Assembly (NCBI GenBank): GCA_965644265.1
Contig: OZ286466.1
Coordinates: forward strand, 65,286,001-65,350,000
Source: Glycera tridactyla
Taxonomy: Eukaryota
DNA: 64,000 bases
Direction of reading: 5' to 3'
Both the position numbers and the translations under genes were made by a program. The notes under the pieces were generated by a model, which saw nothing but the letters and a program-made list of their open reading frames with translations, made no database searches and was not told the DNA's origin. Shown one piece after another: positions 10,177 to 21,006 of the stretch. Every line of letters begins with the position of its first letter. Position 1 is the first letter of the stretch.

Positions 10177-11871
10177 CTTCTTCAGGCAAAGCCAAAGGTA
10201 TCCAAATTGTTGTCCGATGGGAGTGCGTCAGAGCAGTCTCACTGTGAACATGAATACACTGTCGCGTGTGGAATTGCAGGTTGTACAGATTCTCTGCTAT
10301 TCGCACTGGCGCTCTTGGTCAGTCATTGTGATCTAACTTTTCTTTCATACTTGTTGTGTTCGTTGATGTTTTTTTTTCTTCTCAATTTCGATTGTCCAGG
10401 AAAGACATGAATTATTAGTCCTTTGCTTATGTGAATACATTTGATAAAATACAAGCTCTATCTCCACGTGTCGGCTCTCCTTTTATTTGTCATGTGTTGA
10501 TACGTGACCAGTGGATAGGGAACTTCATCCATCACTGAAACTCAGTGCATGTCGACTGGGATATCAAAGAGTCTTCTCCTGTATACACGTGAAAGAAGCA
10601 CTGATGTCTTCCACAAAGAGTAGGGACCGCCCCCGGCAGCGGTGCCTCTCTTCTTCAGCATTTTCCGGTTTTCAGTCCGATATAACCGAAGGTGGTTGAA
10701 TGAACATCAAACTCAAACAAACAAGCGAACAAACGAACAGACATCGATCATTGAAAATTCTGTACGGTGCTTATCATCAGGTCCTCCATTGGTATATTCA
10801 CTACTTAAAGCGGATGAATTCACGTACCAACCTGTCCAAAACATGAGGGTGAGAGAGAACACTGAAGTGCATACTCAGATGTTTCCCAACACAGAGTTTC
10901 GCCTACGTTTTATTGCATTCATTGAAATGCCAGCCTATACTGCCTGAAGTCACTTTTGAGGAAAACGATCGAGAGGGCATTAAGTGCCAATCAATCGCAC
11001 TGCATCCTTTTCAGCTTCCTATCAATGGCGAACAAACTCTCTTGATAATATTATCTAGCGGAGTAATCAAACCAACATATATTGGAACAGTTCCAAAATT
11101 CAACGTGCTAGTGATGCTTTTAAATGATTCCTTTCCATTTCCGAAACGCATCACAGATCTGAATATAGGATGGGGTATTTGCAATGCATACTGCAATAAC
11201 AACGGATCAACCGATAATCCAGAGGTCACCTTCAAAACCTAGTAATCAACTATGTATCGATGATTTGAGATCGATGGGTTACTAGGTTAATAGATATAAG
11301 GATTGAAGCCATACCGCCAACCATGCACACTCAAACCTTCACCAATCGATACGAACAGTCAACAAAATGTATGCAATAAATTGATTTCTGTGTAATGATC
11401 GTAATCGGATAATTATTTTGAGGAGTGAAATCATCAATGATAAGAAATGGATGATCATTGAGAGAGGTGATACATGAAGGATAGTAACACGAGATGACGT
11501 ACTTTTTCCCAGTCTAAATTCTAAATGATTGAATGATCAATTGGTTTGAGTAACGGATCATTGATTGTTTGTGTAATGTAATGTACCGGTATATAATGAT
11601 GGAACTGTCATGAATGGAATAAAGTCTCACTTGCGAGTTTGATTGAGAATAGAAGACGACACCTGGGCAGAGTATGTGAGACGAGTGAGCGCGAGAATCA
11701 GTCCATTGTGGATGGGATCCGAACAGGGACTTACTGAATCAGTCCATTGTCGGATGACTTCTCAACTCACAACACAGAACACACACAATACAACTCACGC
11801 TTCATGATGCGGCAACACAACTCACCTATAGACAGAGGGGGAGATATACTATGATTGAAGAAAAAATCTAA

Positions 11872-12072
11872 ATTAGTCATATTCCAAGCAACTGTATTAA
11901 GGAATTAACCTATAAACTGGAATTCGTACTCACAACGATGGTAACGTTGTGGCTAGAAACTATAGCCCTCGACGGACACTAGAATTTCTAGCCGCAACGT
12001 TACCATCGTCGTGAGAACGAATTCCAGTTTCTGGATCAATTCCTTCATATTGAAGAAGACTGGATGACTAAT
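11872..12072. mobile_element. Foldback/MITE-like palindrome
   Basis: 46-bp arms at 11914-11959 and 11985-12030 (3 mismatches) around a 25-nt loop; weaker outer inverted repeats ATTAGTCAT (11872) and ATGACTAAT (12064-12072). Confidence 0.8.
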
Positions 12073-12716
12073 AACATTCATGAGCATCCGAGCCACTACA
12101 TACGAATGAGTGTCAATTGATAACATCCTTCTTACAGATGGATTAGTGATATCCTCAGTGAACACAACCATGAATCCTTGTGCCCATCTGGACCGGTGGA
12201 TACACGTAGTTGATCCAGTGTTCATGGTTGTGTACTCCCCAGAAAGTATGAACAACACGCATGCCAAGTAATGTGGTTGTAGAATATGAAAAGGACGGTA
12301 AATCACTACATTTATATTTCACAGGATTGGTAGATACTATGAGGAGCCTTTGAGCGAATGATTTTAAATGCCACAGCCTGTGATCCCCTCACTTGGTGAA
12401 CACTCATTGTGAAGTACAATGTTATAGATTATAATCTCACATAGATTCAAATGTACGATCCACACGACCAATCTCCTGTCGGATATTGAGCTGATTACGT
12501 GAAAAGATGCTATATACCATCTCAATGTATGAAGCTGCATGATTCCAAGAACGCAACTGAATATTTGGTCTCCGAGCTAACAGCATAGAATCGCCTAGAA
12601 GTCACATTCCTACATTGAATGACTTTCCAATGTGTATGAGTTTTCATCTTTATTTCGATAAATCAAACCAACTTATTTCCATCTGGACGATAACTACGGA
12701 AAGGCAGTTACTAATA

Positions 12717-12894
12717 CAGTCAAACCTCCCTATAAAGACCGCCCTCGGTCGCACCAAAAAGTGGCCTTTATAGGGAGGTGGTCTTTATAGAGAGGTCATT
12801 TACTGTAGAATATACTACCACGGTCGCAGTTCATGGCGGTCTTTATAGGGAGGTGGTCTTTATAGAGAGGTGGTCTTTAGAGGAGGTTCGACTG
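12717..12894. mobile_element. Tc1/mariner-type MITE, copy 2
   Basis: TA|CAGTCAAACC ... GGTTCGACTG|TA termini. Confidence 0.85.
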
Positions 12895-14689
12895 TACATG
12901 CAAAGCATAACAATGCTATCTATGGAATACCATTTTTAATATCACCTTGTTCTAGGGGAACGACGAACCACCTTACCTTCCCCAAGGTACCGATTGTTAT
13001 GAATTTATATACTTCCCTAATCGTTCGTGCTCGGATGAACGTAAATTTCCAATCTTAGTCTCACTCGCTCATTCATTCTCCACCCAGATCGACTAATCAC
13101 TCACTGCGTCTCTAAATCTGTCACTCACCCGCAAACCCGTAGACTCATTAAATTTGGCATAATCCGGCATACTCTAATACCCTTCCTCTCAATGAAAAAG
13201 AATGTTCCGTATTCCAGTACACTATTTCATTGTACGACTGAAAAAAAGAAGATCTCAAGGGATTTGCCCGTTTTTAAACAATATTTCGCTTCAATATCGA
13301 TGAAATGGCAACATGCCACATCAATCGATAATTCCTTTCATAATACGGGTCGCTCGGTGATCCCACCCATGCTTATTGCATGAGCATCGCAATATAGCAC
13401 ATATCAAACCAGAACCAATCAACCACTGGCTATTCGCATCAGGTATAGAGCCACTAAGGATCATTATCAAGAATGCAATTCGGGTAGATAAATATGCACG
13501 TGATAGATTTGCAATGGACGAATTTTGTGATAGGCATCTTTACAATGCGAGCTTATCAGAAGCATCTCAATGCCTTTGATTACGAGTTTGCGAGTGTAGA
13601 AGATAATGCATACTCGAGTTGATATATCAAAGTTTGATCGCCCATGGCTATTGAAGTGAGGGTGACAGGATATCGGGTATTGAACAAACTCATGAATGGA
13701 CCACATATACATCATGCAGATGACGATGCACTGCATGTAATGAAGGTACCGGAGGGGTTGTATTGTATTATGTAAATCTTTATTTTAATTCGCCATATTA
13801 CATAGTTCAATTACCCCTGGGGGCTTCTCCAGATTGACGAATGACAACTAAAAAATTGGCAAATATGAACTCTATGAATTGAGATAGTAAATCACGATAA
13901 TAAAATATATAGTATCGTCGAGATCAGATGATTGTTGATTCAACAAAAATACAACACATATTCTAGCAAATCATCATGAGATGATGGATGATAAGTGAGG
14001 TAATTGCAAAACAAAAATCGTACAAGCGTACACAGGGTTATGAACAAAATGGTGATAAGAAATCACCATGTATCACAGAAAATAACACTGAATTAACGTC
14101 ACCCTATTCTCCACAAAGCTGGTACCAGACACACATGTTCCCGGTCACGAGGGTCCAATGCGGTACCAAGCACATGATTTCTGCGTGGCTGTGGTTTCGA
14201 TTCGGTTTACTAGGAAGTCAGATGACATTAATATATGTGACAGTTATGTAGGCGACAATGACATAGTGCATATATACTCGAGCCGCACAGGATGCAATAT
14301 CAATACAAGAATGGATTTGTCTCACATATAATCGGCTTGAATTTCACTCGCTGCTCTACTATTCAAGAATACACACCCTTTTATGTATCAGTCATGTCGT
14401 TGACAATGACATTATGCATGTATACTCAAGATGAACAGAATGCAGCATCAATACAGGATTGGATTTGTCTTTCACTTCATCAACCAGAAGAACTGCAAAA
14501 TACAATCTGCTAGCTGGCAATATTCATTGCCCATACAGTAACCTGCTCAAATAGATGCATCAGATTTTAGGGAAAGAAAACTCGATAACAACGACGTTTC
14601 ATCACACCAATGAGCAGTACATGATGAGTAATTCCCGGCAAGGTGGGCTGGCTTCATCGAAAATCGCTCTTCCAGTTCTTCTTGTTGCG

Positions 14690-14800
14690 TCCTTATTATT
14701 GTCATTATTATTAATATCATTATTATCATTATTATGATTATTATTATTATCATCACTATCATTATCATTATCATTATCATTATTATCATCATTATCATTT
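14690..14800. repeat. (ATT/ATC)n microsatellite running into a gap
   Basis: Direct reading of the sequence. Confidence 0.9.
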
Positions 14801-14929
14801 NNNNNNNNNNNNNNNNNNNNNNNNNNNNNNNNNNNNNNNNNNNNNNNNNNNNNNNNNNNNNNNNNNNNNNNNNNNNNNNNNNNNNNNNNNNNNNNNNNNN
14901 NNNNNNNNNNNNNNNNNNNNNNNNNNNNN
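14801..14929. other. Assembly gap
   Basis: Run of N. Confidence 0.99.
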
Positions 14930-15224
14930 TGTCTCCCTATTTATCTTCCTTGTCTTGTTGCACTCGTTCTTTTCGTCATCGGCATTACCACAACCACCAC
15001 CTCCTTACACACAACAACCAAAACAATTCGAACTAATTCATCCAAACATGTAAGCATTGTGCTTGAAGATGACATAGTGTAAACCACGTAGCACTTCTCT
15101 AAACCAAGTTACGAGTGTCGCCTACAGTACTGAAATTAAAACGGGACAGAATAGTCAGTAAAATAACAATAAGGTGTAGAGAGAATCTCAGACCACAACT
15201 ATCCGAATGGCTACCTCTGATAAT

Positions 15225-15239
15225 AGCGCCACCTAGCGT
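15225..15239 (-). promoter_or_regulatory. CTCF-like motif between the two GPCR genes
   Basis: Minus strand ACGCTAGGTGGCGC versus consensus CCRSYAGRKGGCRS, one mismatch. Motif match only. Confidence 0.25.
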
Positions 15240-16196
15240 ATCCTGGCAGAATGAGAGGTATCGAATCATAAATTGTATTCATATTGTCTGAATATTTGTC
15301 CATAGGTTTTCAGTTCAGAAAATGCATTTCGTAAGGAAGATGATACAAATATATCTGCAGAGGTTTGTTTATTTGAGTTGTAGACCAATATTTACCATAT
15401 CCTCTCGCACTGATTGAGTGGGACGAAGTCACCGAATTTCAGATATGGAATGCTTAGCTAATCAGCATGTGAACAGCAGTGCCATTTTCTCAGACTACTA
15501 CTATCAACGGAATGCGAATTATCAACTGTCGCATTGGACGCTAAGTGATAAGGATGCATATTGTGTCATTTATCTTTCGTATTTGACGCAGAATATCAGT
15601 GTTCGTCTGTCACACTCACACCCACCTTTAGCTTGAAGCGAGTCACCTGTTTGGAGGTGTAATGTTCAACATCCTCTTCACTCCTTTGCGTGTCTTACAC
15701 AACTAGATGCCGTGACTTTATAGCAATATCTATCAGCTTATATGTAACACCTGTTTACCAACATTTTACTCCTGTCTTCCGCTGGAGTCGGATGCTTATA
15801 CTTCAACATAGAATGATGTATTTTGTTGTTGTCTGAGCCGTGTAAATAGGGATTAGAATTACGCAGATTCGAGTTGAAGTTTCCATAGGAAACTTGGCTG
15901 AGATGTGTACTGTTGAGATGACTATGAAAGATCACTGGAATACTCAGATGGCCACTGTGATCTCCATTGCAACGACTTCCGAGCGTCCTTCAAATATGAG
16001 GACGTTAAACAAAGATCAAACAACCTTCAAATATGACTTCTGTGGATTATACGGAGTTCGAATGGAAAGAACAACATCATAATGGTGGCATGGGCTCCAT
16101 CCATTTGAATATCCCCTTCAACTCCAGTCACAACCTACAAACTTAATTCGTAACTCCCCCAATGGCATGTTGAGTATGTTGGAACTTCCAAGTAAA

Positions 16197-16880
16197 ATGG
16201 CAGATTTTTGTGAGTTGTTTGAGTTTGCGCTTTACACGGTAATATTGAGTCTGATCTGTCTCCTTGGCATCATTGGGAATAGTCTATCATTTGCTGTATT
16301 TTGCATGGATACGCGAGACACTTTCATGAAGATACTGTTTCAGGCACTCTCTGTGAGTGATACTCTCCTCTTGTTTAGCGTCATACCTATCTATTGCATT
16401 CATCCTGTTGCATACTTTACAGAAGTTGATAACTTTCTGTGGAGCCTCCAGTACATTTATGTCTACTTTCACCCATGCATAATGACTTTTCAAATGTCAA
16501 CCATCTGGATTACAGTACTACTAGCTGTGAATCGGTACATCGTTATATGTAGACCTGTCTATGCCAACAGATTATGCAGCAGTCGGAAAGTGAGACTCAG
16601 CTTGGCGATACTTGTGGTGTTGGCACTAGTCTACAACTCATGCAGATTTGCTGAAGCCTATATCACATATGAAGACATAGGAAATGGAACCTATGTCCCA
16701 GTGGCAACCTATCATGGATGGGCGGAGAGTAATTTGTATTTAATTTTGTACCATAATGTGGCCTACATGACCTTCCTGATCGTTCTACCGTTGCTCATTC
16801 TGGCCACCGTAAATGTTAAGCTCTGTCGTACTCTAAGGGAAGTTGCCGCCTCACGCTCCGAGCCCATCATCTCCAAACAG
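16197..16880 (+). CDS. Class A GPCR paralogue 2, coding exon 1, TM1-TM5 (alternative in-frame ATGs at 16167 and 16176)
   Basis: MADFCELFEF aligns with MTGSCQLYEF of paralogue 1 and has AAAATGG context. Motifs: GN, LSVSD, VNRY, CRPV, YNSCRF, LP. Ends TCC AAA CAG|GTATAT, phase 0. Confidence 0.93.
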
Positions 16881-17376
16881 GTATATATGAATATCTTTTT
16901 CTTCTCAAAATTGCATCCGGTGTATGCATGGATCATATGTTGATAATATGATAAAGTCTCGTTATAGTGCACTGTTTGTATTCCTTAAGGGACAATACAG
17001 TCTTGCTGTAGACATCCTGTACGGGAGATCAATGAAGACTTTCAAACAAACAAACAACGAGAAGAATGTGGGCTATGAGGATGTGGAAAGTGTGTATGAA
17101 TCCCTATGGATTAGAGTGTGCGCATATTTTCATAAGTCATCAGTGCATATTCTCAAGTTATGACAAAAATGCCCTAACGAAAAAGCACTAGTGCAAATAC
17201 TAAAGGGTATAATGCTAAGAGCACTTGTCGAAATGCTATATGTGCAGTGCCTCAGAAATCCAGGCTCATATAAATCGGTATCATTATATCTGACCATTGT
17301 CATCATCAGTCAAAAGTCTCGATATCCTAGATGATTCCTGATATTGGCTCTCACAAATCAATGTTTTTCATCTCAG
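16881..17376 (+). other. Phase-0 GT-AG intron in ICL3 of GPCR paralogue 2 (496 nt)
   Basis: GTATAT ... TTTTTCATCTCAG|ACT joins SKQ to TFE in frame. Confidence 0.88.
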
Positions 17377-17742
17377 ACTTTTGAACGAAATGCAACAGTT
17401 GTTTTGGTGATGATAGTGAGTATGTTCATCATCTGCCAGACTCCTGCATTCATCAACCAGATCCTCTGGAATGTCCTTCCCAGTTCGACCAGGCATTGTG
17501 GAGGTTTCCAGTTCTACTATTCACGTATCTGCAATGTCCTCGTCATTCTCAATTCGGCTGTCAACTTTGTGATTTATGTATCCCTCAATAGCCGATTCCG
17601 CCGCCTCTTCTCGGAGAGGATTATCCACCGTGGGAAGACCACAGCAGTCAGAGGAACAAGTTTAAGATTGAGACCTTCACCAACTGTGTCAAATGTGACC
17701 CAAACTGCATCATTCAGTATTAGCATTTCCAGTCGTCTTTGA
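17377..17742 (+). CDS. Class A GPCR paralogue 2, coding exon 2, TM6-TM7 and C-tail
   Basis: FIICQTPAFINQILWNVLP is identical to paralogue 1; TM7 NSAVNFVIY; helix 8 NSRFR; stop TGA at 17740-17742. Confidence 0.93.
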   Translation, partial: TFERNATVVLVMIVSMFIICQTPAFINQILWNVLPSSTRHCGGFQFYYSRICNVLVILNSAVNFVIYVSLNSRFRRLFSERIIHRGKTTAVRGTSLRLRPSPTVSNVTQTASFSISISSRL

Positions 17743-18706
17743 GTCGCTCTTTCAATGAATGGATCGTTGCAAAGCATGGGTGAGGTCTCTCGATGCCCTT
17801 TCTTCCAGGTCCCTAATAGAAAGGAAAATGACTGAAAATCCCTATCATCACAGGGATATATAATCATGGGAGGATTCAGTGATTTGAAGACATTGATCAG
17901 GAAAAACAGAGCACCGTCGATCTTCGTACAGTCACATGTCGACTAGACGCTCGTGAACAACGTGGATAGTGATCATACCGTGGCTGTAATTGATAACCGA
18001 TGCAATTGTCTTCATTAATGGTATTTGTGTGTTCGTATCTCCATCAAGCTGTACATTCCCATGACTCTCATTTCAATATCGGTGGAGCGATTGGTCTGTA
18101 AATGAGGGCCCACCCTCCGGAATGTAGTGAATATTTCCGAACTTCCCGACATGTCAGAACATATAGGACGTATGTGATCAGATCACATCCCCACAAATTA
18201 AACAAACGCTTTCAGAGGATTTCAGCATTAAACGGATCCAATTCACGTACATCTAGCTAGACCTCCTTTGATATCTCTAGCCTATATTTTATCATCATGG
18301 GATAGGGGTGTATTGGAGACGATAGATACCGTCACTGTATGACCAATCTTGGGATGCATTCCAGTTTGATAACGCTCCTGATATCGTATCCGTTATCATG
18401 CCACACTTTCGCAGTTTTCTATGTGATAAAGTGGTATGTGTGATATCATGTGAAATACTCCCCAACCGGGGAGAATTACCGGAACTACTCTCATTGTTTA
18501 CTTATAATACTGGTACCCTAGCTTCAGTTGTGATATGAGGTGATGTGCAAGCAGATAGGGTACCAGTGGAAATTGGAGGTAAACATAGATGACCGACGCT
18601 TGTTGTCAGGAAATTCCACAAAGTAGAGCGTAGAAAATTTCAGTAATAACGAGAAAATAATTGAATCAGATGGGAGAAACTAGTTTGAGTGTGGCATAAA
18701 TGCAGG

Positions 18707-18841
18707 AATCACCGCCCTGAGCAGTACGAACGATGATATAGCACCCTCGATGATATAGCACCCTACGGTCCCTCGGGAGATCGCTCCGCCGGCAATCCCT
18801 TGGGTGCGATATCATCGTTCGTACCGCCCAGGTTGGTGATT
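18707..18841. mobile_element. Foldback palindrome element
   Basis: 40-bp arms at 18707-18746 and 18802-18841; a 17-bp tandem duplication (18731-18764) in the left arm only. Confidence 0.8.
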
Positions 18842-20812
18842 TCTACTATAATATACATCGTGTGATTGTACACCTGGCTGCCATTGCACCATTAGCAAAC
18901 CCTGTCACGACAGTCGCGTATACAACAAATCGGGTACACATATATCAACACAGGAATGGAAGGATTTGGTTCGACTGTTAGTTGTTGAGGTGTCTTGGGC
19001 TATATCAACACGACAAATATAATGGACATGCATTGGAGTAACCACGATATATCCTCATGGGTCCCCAATTGAACGTGAATAGTCATGAGATTTACACACT
19101 CGAGGTACGATTTCTTTAAGTGAGAGCAGAGGGAATAAAACACTTTTCTCCTGAATTTTCGAGTATCTATCAACGTATGTTGAACGCCAAAAGTCTCCCA
19201 CAAAGTAATCCTCATCTATGGTGTGACGAGAATGAATGCGGAATCCCCACTTTCTCAACGAGACTTTAGCGAAGAATAGCTGCAACTGCACAACCTACAA
19301 CCACTGACAAGATGTCAAACAACCATCCTACCACACAACCAACCAAGCAAACAGCTTAATTTATGGCTTATAAGACTTGTTTGAAATATGGGTTGGTGCA
19401 CCCTGATGAAGAGGACAAAGAAGCGAACGAATTCCATTCCTGTGGTCATTATTTCACATATATTATATCAATCGATCAATTGGCATAATTTCTGACGAAT
19501 TGACAGAAAGCAGGTGAATCACGAGGCTATATATACGTCTGTGAATGTTTTTTGGCCTATAAGAGTCTTGTGAGTCACTTAAATGGTATTGCCCATCAAG
19601 AAAAAAGCAGAGCCTTATTTACGAGCTTCATAATTGTAAAGTCAACAATCGACTCAGAGATGGCGAGTCGCGATAAACAGGGCTGTAATCAACTGCCTGG
19701 CACGTCTCTCCCTGTGAACGTTATTGGCAATACTTCATGTTTATCACGCTGTAATTACTAGTCGTCAACAAATTGAACAATTCGGTGCATGACCAGTACT
19801 GACACGATGCCACATAACTGTCGACGCATGTTCCGTTATTATTTGCTTGATTTTTCAACTGTTTTGACTGAGTCTTCCCAGTGCTGTTAGTGAAGTTATT
19901 TTCGAGAGGTGCAACCCTCTACTTACAAATGAATGTTGACCCCTCCCTCTCTCTCGTGTTTGCTTGTATGTGTGTATGTGTGTTTGCTGAGAATAGATAT
20001 TTGTTCCAAAATACCTGTGCAACTTTCACAAAAGACACACAAGGAGAGAACTGTGAAATTATACACACGTCGGAAAGAATATCTGTATACCGAAGGTTGA
20101 TCTCCAAGAATCAAGACATCCTCAATAATTTGCCAATATCGTCATTCCATATCATATATGTGTCCATATCATATATGTGTCCATATCATATATATCTCAA
20201 CACAAAGATAAACAATCAGACGGGTCTCATCCCTTATATTTGGGGACCGAGGATGGGACTTGAATGATCTCACTCTTTCACGTGAGATGGGTGTCTCAAT
20301 ATATCCTAGCCTGGGCATGTATTACCCTGTTGAGACTACCCATGCTTGGACCTTGAAAATATTTGAATGTAGCTCAGTGCTGTCAACAGATTTAACGGTC
20401 CCAATCAATCGCTCAGTACAGTATTGGTCAGCAAAGAGTTTAGCGGCCTTCAACCAATCCCTCATGCATCAACGACTCTTATTCATCATCATCAGTGCTT
20501 AGATTAAGGCTGATCACATTTCATTAGATTATCGGATAATCTCCTCTGCGTTATTTGTCATCATCAACTAAGCCATGATCAACCTAAATCATATTGGTAG
20601 TGAATTCCATCCAAGTAATGGCTGGTAGCTGCTATGGGGATGCTGTCACGACAGGAATCCATCATGCTATTACTTCTTCATATACATTGACCTGGATGAC
20701 CTAGATGAAATCACAGGTTTCCTTCCTGAATGGGCAGATCCCCCATATTTCGCAATCAAAGCCTGACCAACTGCTATATTTATCCATTGCTTTATTTGCT
20801 TACCGGGTGTAG

Positions 20813-21006
20813 AGTAGGTAGAGGTGTGTCTGAACAATCAGCTACTTCCACTTGACAAGCTTTCAGGTTCCCCATCACCTCGTGTTCAGGGTTTGTGAGA
20901 GTGATGTTTGCAGGGGAGAACATCTAGCTTTCATTAACCAGGGGCATACGGCATACTCAACCCTAGGGTCGATACATGCCGTTAAACCTCAAACAAACAA
21001 AAACAA
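20813..21006 (+). mobile_element. SINE-like family A, copy 2
   Basis: Same body and (AAAC)n tail as 9981-10176. Confidence 0.75.

Noticed and set aside
10913-11242. 109-aa ORF with CNAYCNNNGS
   Set aside because: Starts at TTG, has no recognisable domain or splice context, and an equally long antisense ORF; insufficient support.
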